Assembly: GCA_051599415.1 (NCBI GenBank)
Contig: AP039710.1
Location: 62,001 to 126,000 of the forward strand
Length of the DNA stretch: 64,000 bases
Reading direction: 5' to 3'
From: Savitreella phatthalungensis
Lineage: Eukaryota
Position 1 is the first letter of the stretch; each line of letters begins with the position of its first letter. Shown piece by piece: positions 53,001 through 61,800 of this stretch. The notes under the pieces were generated by a model. That model ran no database searches. It had not been told where the DNA came from and was given only the letters and a program-made list of their open reading frames with translations. The position numbers and the translations under genes are program-made.

Positions 53001-54937
53001 GCGGCAAAACGCTCGATCGGTCTGGGCTGCGTAAGTTCCTGAGCAACTTGAGCGGTGAGGACGTCTGTGATAGTGCGTCTATCGGATGGACTTGCGGCCG
53101 ATGCGAGGTTGGCGATGAGTGCTACAGCATCGACCTCGCGAGCTAGGTGCAGGCTGCCGAGATTATCAAAACAACGCTGAATGAGTTGCTGAGTGAGACT
53201 GCTGTCAACGAGAGGATGATGAGGCGATAGCTGCGCGAGATCGACGATGCCTTGAACATCCTCGAAATGCGCGAGAGCAGGCAGGATATCTCGAAGGGTG
53301 TGAATGTAATCTTGGGTGGCCGGTGCAAGCTCGAATCGCACTCGCAAGAGCTGCCACAGCTGCTGTCTTACGTCATTCGTGTCTGGTCTATGGAGGAGCT
53401 GAGCGATGTAACTTGCCCAGATGTGGCCTGTCGTGCCTGTCGCTTTGCCCTCGTTCTCAGGAGCAGACACGATGCCTGTACCGGCGCCAGTACTGGCGCC
53501 AGTGACACCACCGTCGTCAGCCTGATCTTCGTAAATGCGATTCATATAGTCATCAATGTCGTGAATGTTTTCTGGTATGGTTGTCTCTGCATCAACTGCG
53601 TGTGATGGTATGATGTTAACAAGCGTGAGAGCTAGCTCCAGGTACTCTGGCTGGAGTCTCGTCGCGAGGTAGAGTACGAGTCGTGGCGCGTGGATGACGG
53701 CCATCTCCTCGTCTGTGAGGTCAAATGTGTGGATCACATAGCGGACCCTGTCGAGGGCATTCTCGCCACCACGAGAGACGTCCCTGTACAGGGCTTGGAA
53801 TATCTTGCCTTCTGGCATTGCATCAAACAACGCCGTCACCGCTGTGTCTGCGGCTCTTTGACGGTAAACCTCATGCACGAAAGTATTGAAGCAGTCGTCG
53901 ATGATGATGCCGCCAATGTCGTCTCTGTCGAGCAGACTGAGCCAGACGCGTGATGTACCTGCTAGCTCGAGGCGTAGACCTCGGGAGATTGCAGCTGCGA
54001 GGGCTCGTTTGAAGTTGTTGTCGAAGTACTTAGCTCTTTCTTCTGGGTCTTCTGATGGGCCGTGAAGCCATGCGTAGAGTCTTCGGTTGAGAGCAACGTC
54101 ACGGCGAAGAACGATTTCTGCTGCGGCTCCGACAAGTGCGGTGGTGTGGTCATTACTGAGCCTCGGGACGATGCTAGGTGGAAGTCTTGAGACGAGGACT
54201 TCGAGAAATCCGCGCTGGACGAGGACATCGCCATCACGCAGTCCCGATGCAAGAGCGTTGACGAGCAGGCCTGCGTCAGGTAAGCATAGACTCTCCTCGT
54301 CACTGCGAGTGAGTCTCCTGAGCAAGTAATTCAGTGTAGACAATCTGCCTGGAGAGTTTGTGCGGACCGCTGTGAGCCAAACGGTCGACCACCACAGTAC
54401 ATCGTCGGCAAAAGCGCCTCTGATTTCATCCGTGAGCTTGAGCGCTCCGTCAAACAGGTCGTCGTGCTCATCTTCAAGCGCTGGCATTACTGTAAGCAAG
54501 AGCGCCCTGGCTGTCGTACGAAGACGGATGCCGAGGGGAACGAAGAAGGTGGACAGCAATGTGATTGTGGATGCTCTAACGGCAATGGAGGCATGTCCTA
54601 GGACAGGTGCTATGCCTGGTAGCCACAGATCTTGTTCACGTGTGAGCCCATCTCTTCCAAGGAGACCGAAGATATACGCGTACAGCTCGAGCGCCTTTGC
54701 ATGGACGCCAGCTGGCAGGTCAGGCAGCAGACACAAGGAGAGACACCCTGCGACAGTAGAAGCGTGCGGGAGAGTATTGATCGTGGGATGAGCAGCGACA
54801 CACTTATGGAGCTTGCCTAGGAAGCTGATGTTGTCTGGCCAAGTTTCCACTGCCTCCCACAGGGCAAGGACTTTCTCCAAAGCAGCAGCATAGCGCCGCC
54901 AGTCAGAATCAGAGACTCCTGAGGGAGGTGTATCCAT
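50057..54937 (-). CDS. DOP1: Dopey family trafficking protein
   Basis: Dopey_N motifs Y...EK.L..WE....W.D.ISFLGKL, CL.P.LPAGVH.KALE.Y, D.DVLVQRGFLE, VLRRD..LNRRLYAW. C-terminal K.WRRE..D.F and QLHEWLFLTDT. Confidence 0.93.
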   Translation of the reverse strand: MDTPPSGVSDSDWRRYAAALEKVLALWEAVETWPDNISFLGKLHKCVAAHPTINTLPHASTVAGCLSLCLLPDLPAGVHAKALELYAYIFGLLGRDGLTREQDLWLPGIAPVLGHASIAVRASTITLLSTFFVPLGIRLRTTARALLLTVMPALEDEHDDLFDGALKLTDEIRGAFADDVLWWSTVWLTAVRTNSPGRLSTLNYLLRRLTRSDEESLCLPDAGLLVNALASGLRDGDVLVQRGFLEVLVSRLPPSIVPRLSNDHTTALVGAAAEIVLRRDVALNRRLYAWLHGPSEDPEERAKYFDNNFKRALAAAISRGLRLELAGTSRVWLSLLDRDDIGGIIIDDCFNTFVHEVYRQRAADTAVTALFDAMPEGKIFQALYRDVSRGGENALDRVRYVIHTFDLTDEEMAVIHAPRLVLYLATRLQPEYLELALTLVNIIPSHAVDAETTIPENIHDIDDYMNRIYEDQADDGGVTGASTGAGTGIVSAPENEGKATGTTGHIWASYIAQLLHRPDTNDVRQQLWQLLRVRFELAPATQDYIHTLRDILPALAHFEDVQGIVDLAQLSPHHPLVDSSLTQQLIQRCFDNLGSLHLAREVDAVALIANLASAASPSDRRTITDVLTAQVAQELTQPRPIERFAALWTHLEPTLATDILSQALILVIDAFAFGPHSTRSYITRWLLSLTDRRRIYIPLLALLSRDTPGHVDRISLLGLQIDTRRLVKRQTLDATVYAATLLGTVVDRVSPPEDMIGMITTASTDLLKCTYTSSTTEIQLWELFSTALTILQRLSSDYAVTVTIPLVHALVLAVEQHLFTLQHGLLEALSGLVNAQTDKRLLLNVVAEGLAATRTHPVLQDWATFATGLVTHMHASNLTLDLVHCLCEQVDLNLVDLDVVLASSRDNAKDTGIQHSSHENVLILLALLQSVTQSVPQTPNDPPTVSATSSSSLLGAIGLAAERPSTPIPMPKQASTVETLRSIVKLGVRAWAWSSAGKTSANASTRYVAGLILTQTKSLLRAAHNTAPDAVVVHLAQCWSEQSDEAFCTACLSVCRELIMPSSISQAISALCDAIKQLWTSPDRAQTCTPAIAALRYLNALVGRQIPLADVGGALTELTDILRLLSNMPAPTSVSATAYVVAQQLAVILHTTPQVRDSKRARRDINDIMHKLLVPTIAAIHSTNTHADELLLLDQIIPNLQPACLDTDRVAASAAVIMANHIAPSLKAATASSPASDDVIAVLAALTGLEGVQKAWRREAMDHFGLSTFFSSTRLSQARLWMTVIAAWLRTDQDRLNELLTARPSAAAAPAHLFASADSERAWKTQQSRRLCLSILAMPQDTFVDKLDAIIGRVKDLLAGKQTSPLRAEAFLLAQVVVARFSQEHLRGFIPMIVGELRRTLRHLVLKVPADALVDVGNGDRKQATTKSGVFAWPGSNSTSSSQSAGKKDDSGSVMTTTSADNHLISQSLIAAARLVDTLLAISPPEAQLHEWLFLTDTVEAVFPSTTTSLSSRNPSSANLPGIAASDTRPLAPFFIELAQKLPVGFNGETFRSALHAELAIPHADNQEHDYDTEQGELPIGDWIRRLPLLHYEVSYARSSSSSNNHPRNLSTDNLVDDAILHVLFT

Positions 54938-55070
54938 CAGCAGCGTCGACGTAGCAGCGTCAGACCTTGAGCATGAGTTACAAATTCAAGAACATCTATC
55001 AGGCCAGAGAGAGGAAGGGCGATGATGGAAGCATGGATGGAGATCTCTCTAGTTATCTTTCAGCTTGTAG

Positions 55071-55108
55071 TAGATCTCATGAAGGCATCGTAGATCTCAT
55101 GAAGGCAT
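55071..55108. repeat. 20-bp tandem duplication
   Basis: TAGATCTCATGAAGGCAT occurs twice, 20 bp apart. Confidence 0.85.
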
Positions 55109-55262
55109 ATCAGAGGCCTTGTTGTAAGCCCTTCAGAACCCGTTGACGAGCCTGTGAGAGTGTCTAGAGAGCTGTAGACGTCTACTTCTACCTTAGTAGA
55201 CTGTGTGTATCATGTGCATCGAGAGAGGATGTTGTCCAGCTCGTGCATCTACACACAAAGTC

Positions 55263-55380
55263 CACGTGCACTGATGTACCACTTTGGTCACGTGCAAGCG
55301 ATCACCACATATGCACGTGACTGTGGCTCAGCTGCTTCTGATCGTGGCTGATGTACACACGTGATCAAATTGAGCACGTG
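55263..55380. promoter_or_regulatory. Cluster of five CACGTG E-boxes in the DOP1/PUP1 divergent promoter
   Basis: CACGTG at 55263, 55289, 55314, 55358 and 55375. Confidence 0.7.
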
Positions 55381-55610
55381 CAAGGATTACGCGCGTCTAG
55401 GGTGTTCATGACATTCACTATCACCTAGATCATCACCATAGATACACGTACACCTCGCACAACTACAACGGCATACACAACCACTTGGACCTCCTACCTC
55501 TCAAGAAACGTCCTTTAACACCTCATAGGACACTTACGTCTGACTGACCTGATCTCCGTCAAACGTGTACCCTTGCTGATTGAGTCACCTGAGTTCTTCG
55601 TCTGAATATC

Positions 55611-56423
55611 ATGGGCTTTGACTTCTCCAACCACCAACGGAATGCTTTCCTAGAGTCCCGAGGGATTGCATCGGCGAAAGCAACGTCCACAGGAACAACC
55701 ATTGTCGGTCTCAAGTACGCTGATGGTGTGATTCTTGGTGCTGACACGCGTGCGACGCAAGGACCTATTGTCGCTGATAAGAATTGTGAGAAGATTCACT
55801 ACATTGCACCGAACATCTGGTGCGGCGGTGCAGGAACTGCTGCAGACACCGAGTTTGTGACTGGCATGGTATCTTCTCAGCTTGAGCTTCATTCTATGAG
55901 TGTCGGTCGCACAGCTCGAGTGGTGACGGCGATGACGCTGCTAAAGCAGCACCTGTTCAAGTACCAAGGTCACGTGGGTGCATACTTGATTGTCGGTGGA
56001 GTTGACCCGACAGGGCCGCAGCTCATGTCCATCCACGCCCACGGTTCTACAGACAAGTTGCCGTACACCTGCTTGGGTTCCGGTTCGCTGAATGCGATGG
56101 CCATCTTCGAGACCCGGTGGCGGGCTGACATGCCTCGCGACGAGGCGATGGAGCTCGTTGCGGACGCCATCAAGTCAGGAATCTTCAACGATCTCGGCTC
56201 AGGCTCGAACGTCGATCTGGCAGTCATCACGAAGGACGGTACCGAAGTATTTAGAGGGTACGAGAAGCCGAACGAGCGAGGTGCACGCGAAGGAAGGTAC
56301 GTCTACCGCCGTGGCACTACAAAGCGCCTCGGCAAGGAGACCCTTCTCAAATTCGACGTCCAGACTGTGCCCGTCGAGGTCGTTGGCGGAGGTGTCGGTG
56401 ACCGCATGGAAGTGGATGCCTGA
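55611..56423 (+). CDS. PUP1: 20S proteasome beta-2 subunit
   Basis: Propeptide GFDFSNHQRN, TSTG|TTIVG (catalytic Thr1), ADTRAT.GPIVADKNCEKIHYI and NDLGSGSNVD. Confidence 0.97.
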   Translation: MGFDFSNHQRNAFLESRGIASAKATSTGTTIVGLKYADGVILGADTRATQGPIVADKNCEKIHYIAPNIWCGGAGTAADTEFVTGMVSSQLELHSMSVGRTARVVTAMTLLKQHLFKYQGHVGAYLIVGGVDPTGPQLMSIHAHGSTDKLPYTCLGSGSLNAMAIFETRWRADMPRDEAMELVADAIKSGIFNDLGSGSNVDLAVITKDGTEVFRGYEKPNERGAREGRYVYRRGTTKRLGKETLLKFDVQTVPVEVVGGGVGDRMEVDA

Positions 56424-56519
56424 ACTTCAAAACTTCAGCTTCAGCTTCAGCTTGTCCTTTTGAGGAAGCTGCCAGGACATTGGATTGTAATGATGACGAC
56501 ATTAGCCTGCTTGCGCCTT

Positions 56520-57902
56520 TCATCTCTCTTTTCTATGTGCGTTTCGTTTCGTCTCCTTTCCCTTCCCTTTCTCCTTCACCGTCGAGGCCGGTTCTCTTCC
56601 GCCTGCCTCCCGTGCAGCTCCACACAGGTTACACCGGCCTGCATCGATATGATTGACATACAAGTCGGAGCATCCACACCGCCAACCGAGCTTCTCCTGA
56701 TCTCTAAGCAGTGATCCGCATCCTGGACACACTCGATCATTTTCTGTCACCGTCAGCGTGCACACGTCGCAGGCCGGTTCGACGTAGGGTCTACTGCACG
56801 GGTCTTCGGGGTTTTGATCTTCCTGCTCCTCGTCTGTGGTATCTGAGAGGAGGTCGATCTCTGCGGACTCGGATTCCCGTGTCTGAACGTCCGCTTGCGC
56901 TGCAGGGTTGACTGGCTTGAAGGGGAGTAACGTCTGCCGGCGTTCCTCTGCCAGCAGCTTCCGCGTCTCCTGATCCTCATCTTCGACTTTGACAGCCTTT
57001 CCGTCATCCACTTCCTCATACTCTTCCTCCTCTTCATCATCGTCTTCCTCGTCGTCGTCAGGTGCTGTTTTCAGGGCCATTGGCGGAATCGCCTCGTCAA
57101 ACTCTCTATCGACCTCGTCCTTGATATGATCTTGGCTCTCCTCCTTCTTGGTGCCGCCGCTTCGCAAGCGTGCTTCTGCCGCAGCAGCTCTCAGATCCTT
57201 GCCTCTCTGAGAGTTGGCCTGCCTGGGTGTCGCCTTAGTCTTCCTCCCGTCGAGCTGATTTCTGAGCACTAGATCGCCACCTAGCTGCTGTCCCTGGGAC
57301 TCCCACTTCCTCTTCCTCCCTCTGCCTCCCCTCCCTCTGCTCATCCTCCTCCTCCGTCGTCCAGTGCCCGCACACACATCCCTTGGCAACTCCCCTTCCT
57401 CTGCCTCCGCCTGTGCCAAACTATCTCCATCACCGGACCCGAGCACCTTACCTTTTCGCCAGAATCCTTCGCCTGTGTACCCCTTGCTCTGGAGTTCTGC
57501 CATGTGTGCCCTGTACTTGGCTAGGGTTTGCCAGAAGGTCTTTCCGTGGTGCATGTTGGTGCAGTGAGCTAGCTCGTGTAGCATGACAGCGAGAACGAAC
57601 CTCTCTGGTACGTTTCTGCCTGATTTTGTGGTGAGGACGAGTGAGATACACTCTCCTGCGTTCCAGTTACATCCAGCCCAGCTGTCGTTGAACGGCTGCT
57701 CTTCGAGCGTTGTGACTTGGAGTCCGTTCGCCTTCATCACCGGGTAAACGATCGCTGCCACCCTGTCGAGCACCGCTCTCGCCCGCGCCTCACCTCCGCG
57801 CTCGCCTGCGTGCACACCAGCGTGCGTCTTGATGAACCCAATCAGCGGATTGGGGTGACGACCATGGTCGTTGAATCGCTGTACTCTCAAAGGCGCAGGC
57901 AT
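56520..57902 (-). CDS. WLM-domain (Wss1-like) zinc metalloprotease with C-terminal Cys clusters
   Basis: HELAHCTNMHH zincin motif, G.NWNAGE.I.LVL, acidic linker, C-terminal CxxC..CxxC and CxC..CxxC. ATG at 57902. Confidence 0.88.
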   Translation of the reverse strand: MPAPLRVQRFNDHGRHPNPLIGFIKTHAGVHAGERGGEARARAVLDRVAAIVYPVMKANGLQVTTLEEQPFNDSWAGCNWNAGECISLVLTTKSGRNVPERFVLAVMLHELAHCTNMHHGKTFWQTLAKYRAHMAELQSKGYTGEGFWRKGKVLGSGDGDSLAQAEAEEGELPRDVCAGTGRRRRRMSRGRGGRGRKRKWESQGQQLGGDLVLRNQLDGRKTKATPRQANSQRGKDLRAAAAEARLRSGGTKKEESQDHIKDEVDREFDEAIPPMALKTAPDDDEEDDDEEEEEYEEVDDGKAVKVEDEDQETRKLLAEERRQTLLPFKPVNPAAQADVQTRESESAEIDLLSDTTDEEQEDQNPEDPCSRPYVEPACDVCTLTVTENDRVCPGCGSLLRDQEKLGWRCGCSDLYVNHIDAGRCNLCGAAREAGGREPASTVKEKGKGKETKRNAHRKER

Positions 57903-58101
57903 CCTCCAAGGCCCACCTGTTGCCCTTGACCGCCTTCTTGGAGTACACCTCAAGGTCGTACACACCGAGGAGTTTCCCCACACAATCACGTGCATCTCGG
58001 TGGAAACTTGTGGGGTACACACCTATCACACATGCTCATACCTCTCACAAAAGAAAGAGTAGCGTAGAGTAGGCAGGGCTTGTCAGAAGAGGTTGTAAAG
58101 G

Positions 58102-58683
58102 ATGTCGATCGATGTGATGACGACGCCTAGAGGGCTACCTGTGCCTGTGGATGACGGTCGATGTAAACACTTGAGGGGTATGAGATTGCCTTCGGTTTCG
58201 GTGGTTGTGACGGGTGGGTTTGGAGGAGAGGCAGGGTTGACTGGGGTATTGGATGTTGGAACACTTCGACGGAGTATTGTGTTTGTTTATCCTGCGACTG
58301 GGACGCCCGGGAAGCTGCCTGCGGATGGATGGGATTCGATTGCTGGCGCTAGAGGGTGTACGCCTGAGAGCTTGTGCTTCAAGAGTGCGTACGATGACAT
58401 TGTCGGGCGAGGGTGGTCGGTGTACGGGTTGTCTGGACAAAAGGCTGACGAGCAGCAGGAGGCTAGTAGGAGACTCGAGTTGCCGTATCCGTTGCTGTCC
58501 GATGAGAACTTCACACTCGTCGAGAAGATGAATCTCCCGGACTTCCACACAGAGGAAGGGGGAAGGTATATGGCACGACACACACTCATCATCGATGATG
58601 ACGGCGTCGTTGCAGCAGTCAACTACCCAGTCTTCCCTACAGACAAGGCGGCAGAGTACGCGCTTGCCGCACTGCCATCGTAA
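58102..58683 (+). CDS. Peroxiredoxin, BCP/PrxQ-like (AhpC/TSA fold)
   Basis: LPVPVDDG.C.HL.G, YPATG.PG....GWD.I.GARGCTP, GLS.Q, RLELPYPLLSD and YPVFP.D. Confidence 0.88.
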   Translation: MSIDVMTTPRGLPVPVDDGRCKHLRGMRLPSVSVVVTGGFGGEAGLTGVLDVGTLRRSIVFVYPATGTPGKLPADGWDSIAGARGCTPESLCFKSAYDDIVGRGWSVYGLSGQKADEQQEASRRLELPYPLLSDENFTLVEKMNLPDFHTEEGGRYMARHTLIIDDDGVVAAVNYPVFPTDKAAEYALAALPS

Positions 58684-58777
58684 GCGCGGCTTACCAACGA
58701 GATGTATTTATGTATAAGGGCGAGGATGCCTTGCCAGGCCATTCCTGCTTTTTTGAGCTATCTACTTTGGGTGATAG

Positions 58778-58850
58778 TGTGTGTGTGTGTTTGTGGGTGT
58801 GTGTGTGTTTGTGGGTGTGTGTGTGTTTGTGGGTGTGTGTGTGTTTGTGG
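58778..58850. repeat. Minisatellite of about four 18-bp units (GTGTGTGTGTGTTTGTGG)
   Basis: Direct repeats between the convergent 3' ends of the peroxiredoxin and adenylate cyclase genes. Confidence 0.9.
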
Positions 58851-58867
58851 GGAATGTGAGAAGGATC

Positions 58868-61800
58868 TCACTCGTACATGGCGTACCCTTGAGCGACGTC
58901 GTCTCCTTCAGCGACTAGGAGGTTCTCATCGTCTGGTTTGGGTTGTAGTTGTTGTTTGTCGTTGTCGATGGTGGAGGTATTTGGTGGTGGTTGGTTTGGT
59001 GTGCCTGCTGCTGATGCTGACGAGTTGACGACCATGGACTGGTTGTTGGCGATGGAGGTTGTGGTGGGAACGTTGCCTGACGAGGGAGCTCTAGTGGGCA
59101 AGTGCCTGGAAGCGTTGCTGGTGCTGCCTGGTGAGACTTCTCCTTCTAAGGCTTGGACTGATCCAGATCCTGAGGCTGCGGCTGGGGAGGTGACGGCTGG
59201 GAGAGCAGATGAGGAGGCGTAACCGAGCTGCTTGTAGAGCTGGATGGCTTGGAGGATCTCTTCCATTCGGAGGTCCGCGGTCGCCTCGAGTGCGTGCTGT
59301 GTGGCGTGTGAGTAGTGGAGGGAGAGTGCGGCCAGTGCGTTCTCGACTCTTGTGAGAAGGTTGAGGAGAGCCATGCCGAGCCTGTCGTCGTCGTCGTCTG
59401 CGCTGTAGGCAGACGCGACTTTTGAGCGGAGTGAGGACATGGTGCCTGCGTGCTGGGCTGATCGATTGCCTCTGACCATCGCGCACAGGTTCTCGAGCCT
59501 GAAGACGACGGCGTAGACGTCGACGATGTGTCGGTAGTCCAGGACGCCTGCGCCTGCCATCGCTGTCTTCTTGCCCTCTTTCGACCGCTGCTTCTCAGCG
59601 TACGTGATTCTGCCCTTGAGCGAGGCCGGGTACGCGAGTGAGATGAACTCTGCGTTTTCTAGCCCTTTCAGTCGACGCTCTCCGATCGGTGCGATGCCGA
59701 AACCGACGCGACGAAGCATCTGCATCTCCTTGCGGATGGTGGCGAGAAGTGCCTCGTCAAGTCCAGCATCAGACGCCGTCCTCCCGCCTTCGCTTGCCCC
59801 GACATCCTCCGTCTCGCGCCGGTAGATGGCTTCGAGTACTTCGACATCCCTGACCACGTCCGCCGACACTGTGATCTGGCCACCGTCTGCGACTGCTGAG
59901 ATTCTCGCAGCTCTGTTGACCATTGGTCCGAAGTAGTCCATTCGCTTTGTGATGGGATCGACTTCGCAGACAGGTGCTCCCCAGTGGATTCCCATTCTGA
60001 CGGAGATGCCTCGATAGATGACTGGCTTGGTCGTAGCGGCGGCGGCGGCGGTGGCGGCGGCCGTGCCAGCGGATTTGTCTGCCGCTTCAACATCGCCTTC
60101 CTCCCGGATCTCTCGACCGTCCGGAGAGTCTAGGATTTCCTGTGGCCAGTCTGCTGCGAGGAGCTGTGTCTGGACTGAGAAGCACCAGAGTAGTGCTGAG
60201 AGGGTTGTTGAGAAGCAGACCATGAAGGCGTCGCCTTCTGTCTTGACTTCGTAGCCACCGATCGCTCGCAGCTGCCTTCTCATGATGCCGTTGTGGATCT
60301 TGATGGATGCCTGCATGGCGACCGGATGTGATTCCCACAGGAGTGTGGAGTTCTTGATATCGGTGAAGACCATGGCGACTTCGCCTACCGGTGGCGCCAC
60401 CTCGCGCTGAAGCCTTGCGAGTGTGGAGTCTGCGACGCCGGAGTTGTTGTCCTGTGCGAGCACTCGCCGGCGTGACTTGTGTGAGGTGATGAGGCCGTCG
60501 TCGATGTCGGCTGTGAGTGGGAGACCGGCCGCGCTGAGACCTCCTAAGCCACTTCGGGCTGCTGACGCGTTCCGCGCTCGAGCGAGCTTGGATTTTCGGT
60601 GGAAGAGGTCACCTACGCCGAGGACCATGACTGAGATCTTGCCCTGTGCACCGTAGGAGATGGCAAAGTCTCTGAGCTTCTGAGCTGCCAGCATCAGGTC
60701 GTCGTGGTGTCCTCTGGCAATGTCGACCGCTGTCTGGAGAGACATGACTTCCCACAGATTCTTTGTGGCCATGATGATGAACTCGTCTTCCTCTGTCAGA
60801 TCGACGAGCTCGACGTGAGGCGCAGCTTGGACGAGTGGTGCGAGGTGGAAGTACCCGATCGATCTGGTGACGTCTAGTTGGTCGTCGACGAGACCGTCCC
60901 TCGACACGTATCCACCTGCTTCTCTGATCCGAGCAACTTCCTTTGCGTCACCTGCGTTGTGCTTGACACTCAACATCTTTGCACTGCCGTCAGCTCTGCT
61001 TAGGACTGCAACCGCGTCACCGGTATTGGCCACGTACGCGCGCTTGCCGACGAGGTATACGAGACACACTGCTGCACCTTCCTGCCTGTCTTGAGGGCCT
61101 AGGATGTGGGCTGCTGTCTGTGGGACACCGGAGTTTGGACCTGCGTGACCGCTGAGTTGTGAGACAATGCTGGGGCGCTGGAGGAGTGAGAGTGATCCTG
61201 ATGCGAGGTCTTTCTTGACTGGCGATGGGGTCACTTGGATGCCGAGCTCCTTGTTGAAGGCGAGGAAGGCTCTGCGCATGGCCGTCTTGACGTCTTCCGT
61301 TGACCGTAGACGCTTGAGTTCGATGGCAAGATGCTCTGCGAAGAAGTCTTGGAGGTGTTTGGCCACCTTGGAGCCTGTGTCTGCGACCTCTGACCCATCA
61401 AACATCGCAAAGATCGTCTCTTCCTCTCTCCCGCCGAAACGGGGGACGACCATATCAATCGTTGACAGGTGATCGTGCCTGCCGAGTGTGTCTGACTGAC
61501 CGTACGACATGTTTGAGATGTCTGTACCGGAGAGCCTGACACGACGGTCGTGTGTCTCTTCGGGAAGGGAGTCGATACCGAGGGTGATATCCATGAGTCC
61601 GAGTACCCTTAGCTTCGTGAGAGCGGCAAAGTCGGAGAGGTTGCGATCGCGGACTGTTTGGTTGTTGGAGGGCTTGATCTCGAGACGCTTGTTGCCACTC
61701 AGGTTCAGGTACTTGAGATCGAGGTTCCAGTTCCAGTTCCAGTCGTAGGGCCAGTTGGCGGTGTTGTACTTGAGCGCGTTGCTGCCGACGTCGAGCACTA

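Noticed and set aside
58702..59028. 108-aa Cys/Val-rich ORF resembling a metallothionein
   Set aside because: It is the translation of the GT minisatellite and overlaps the CYR1 3' end on the opposite strand.
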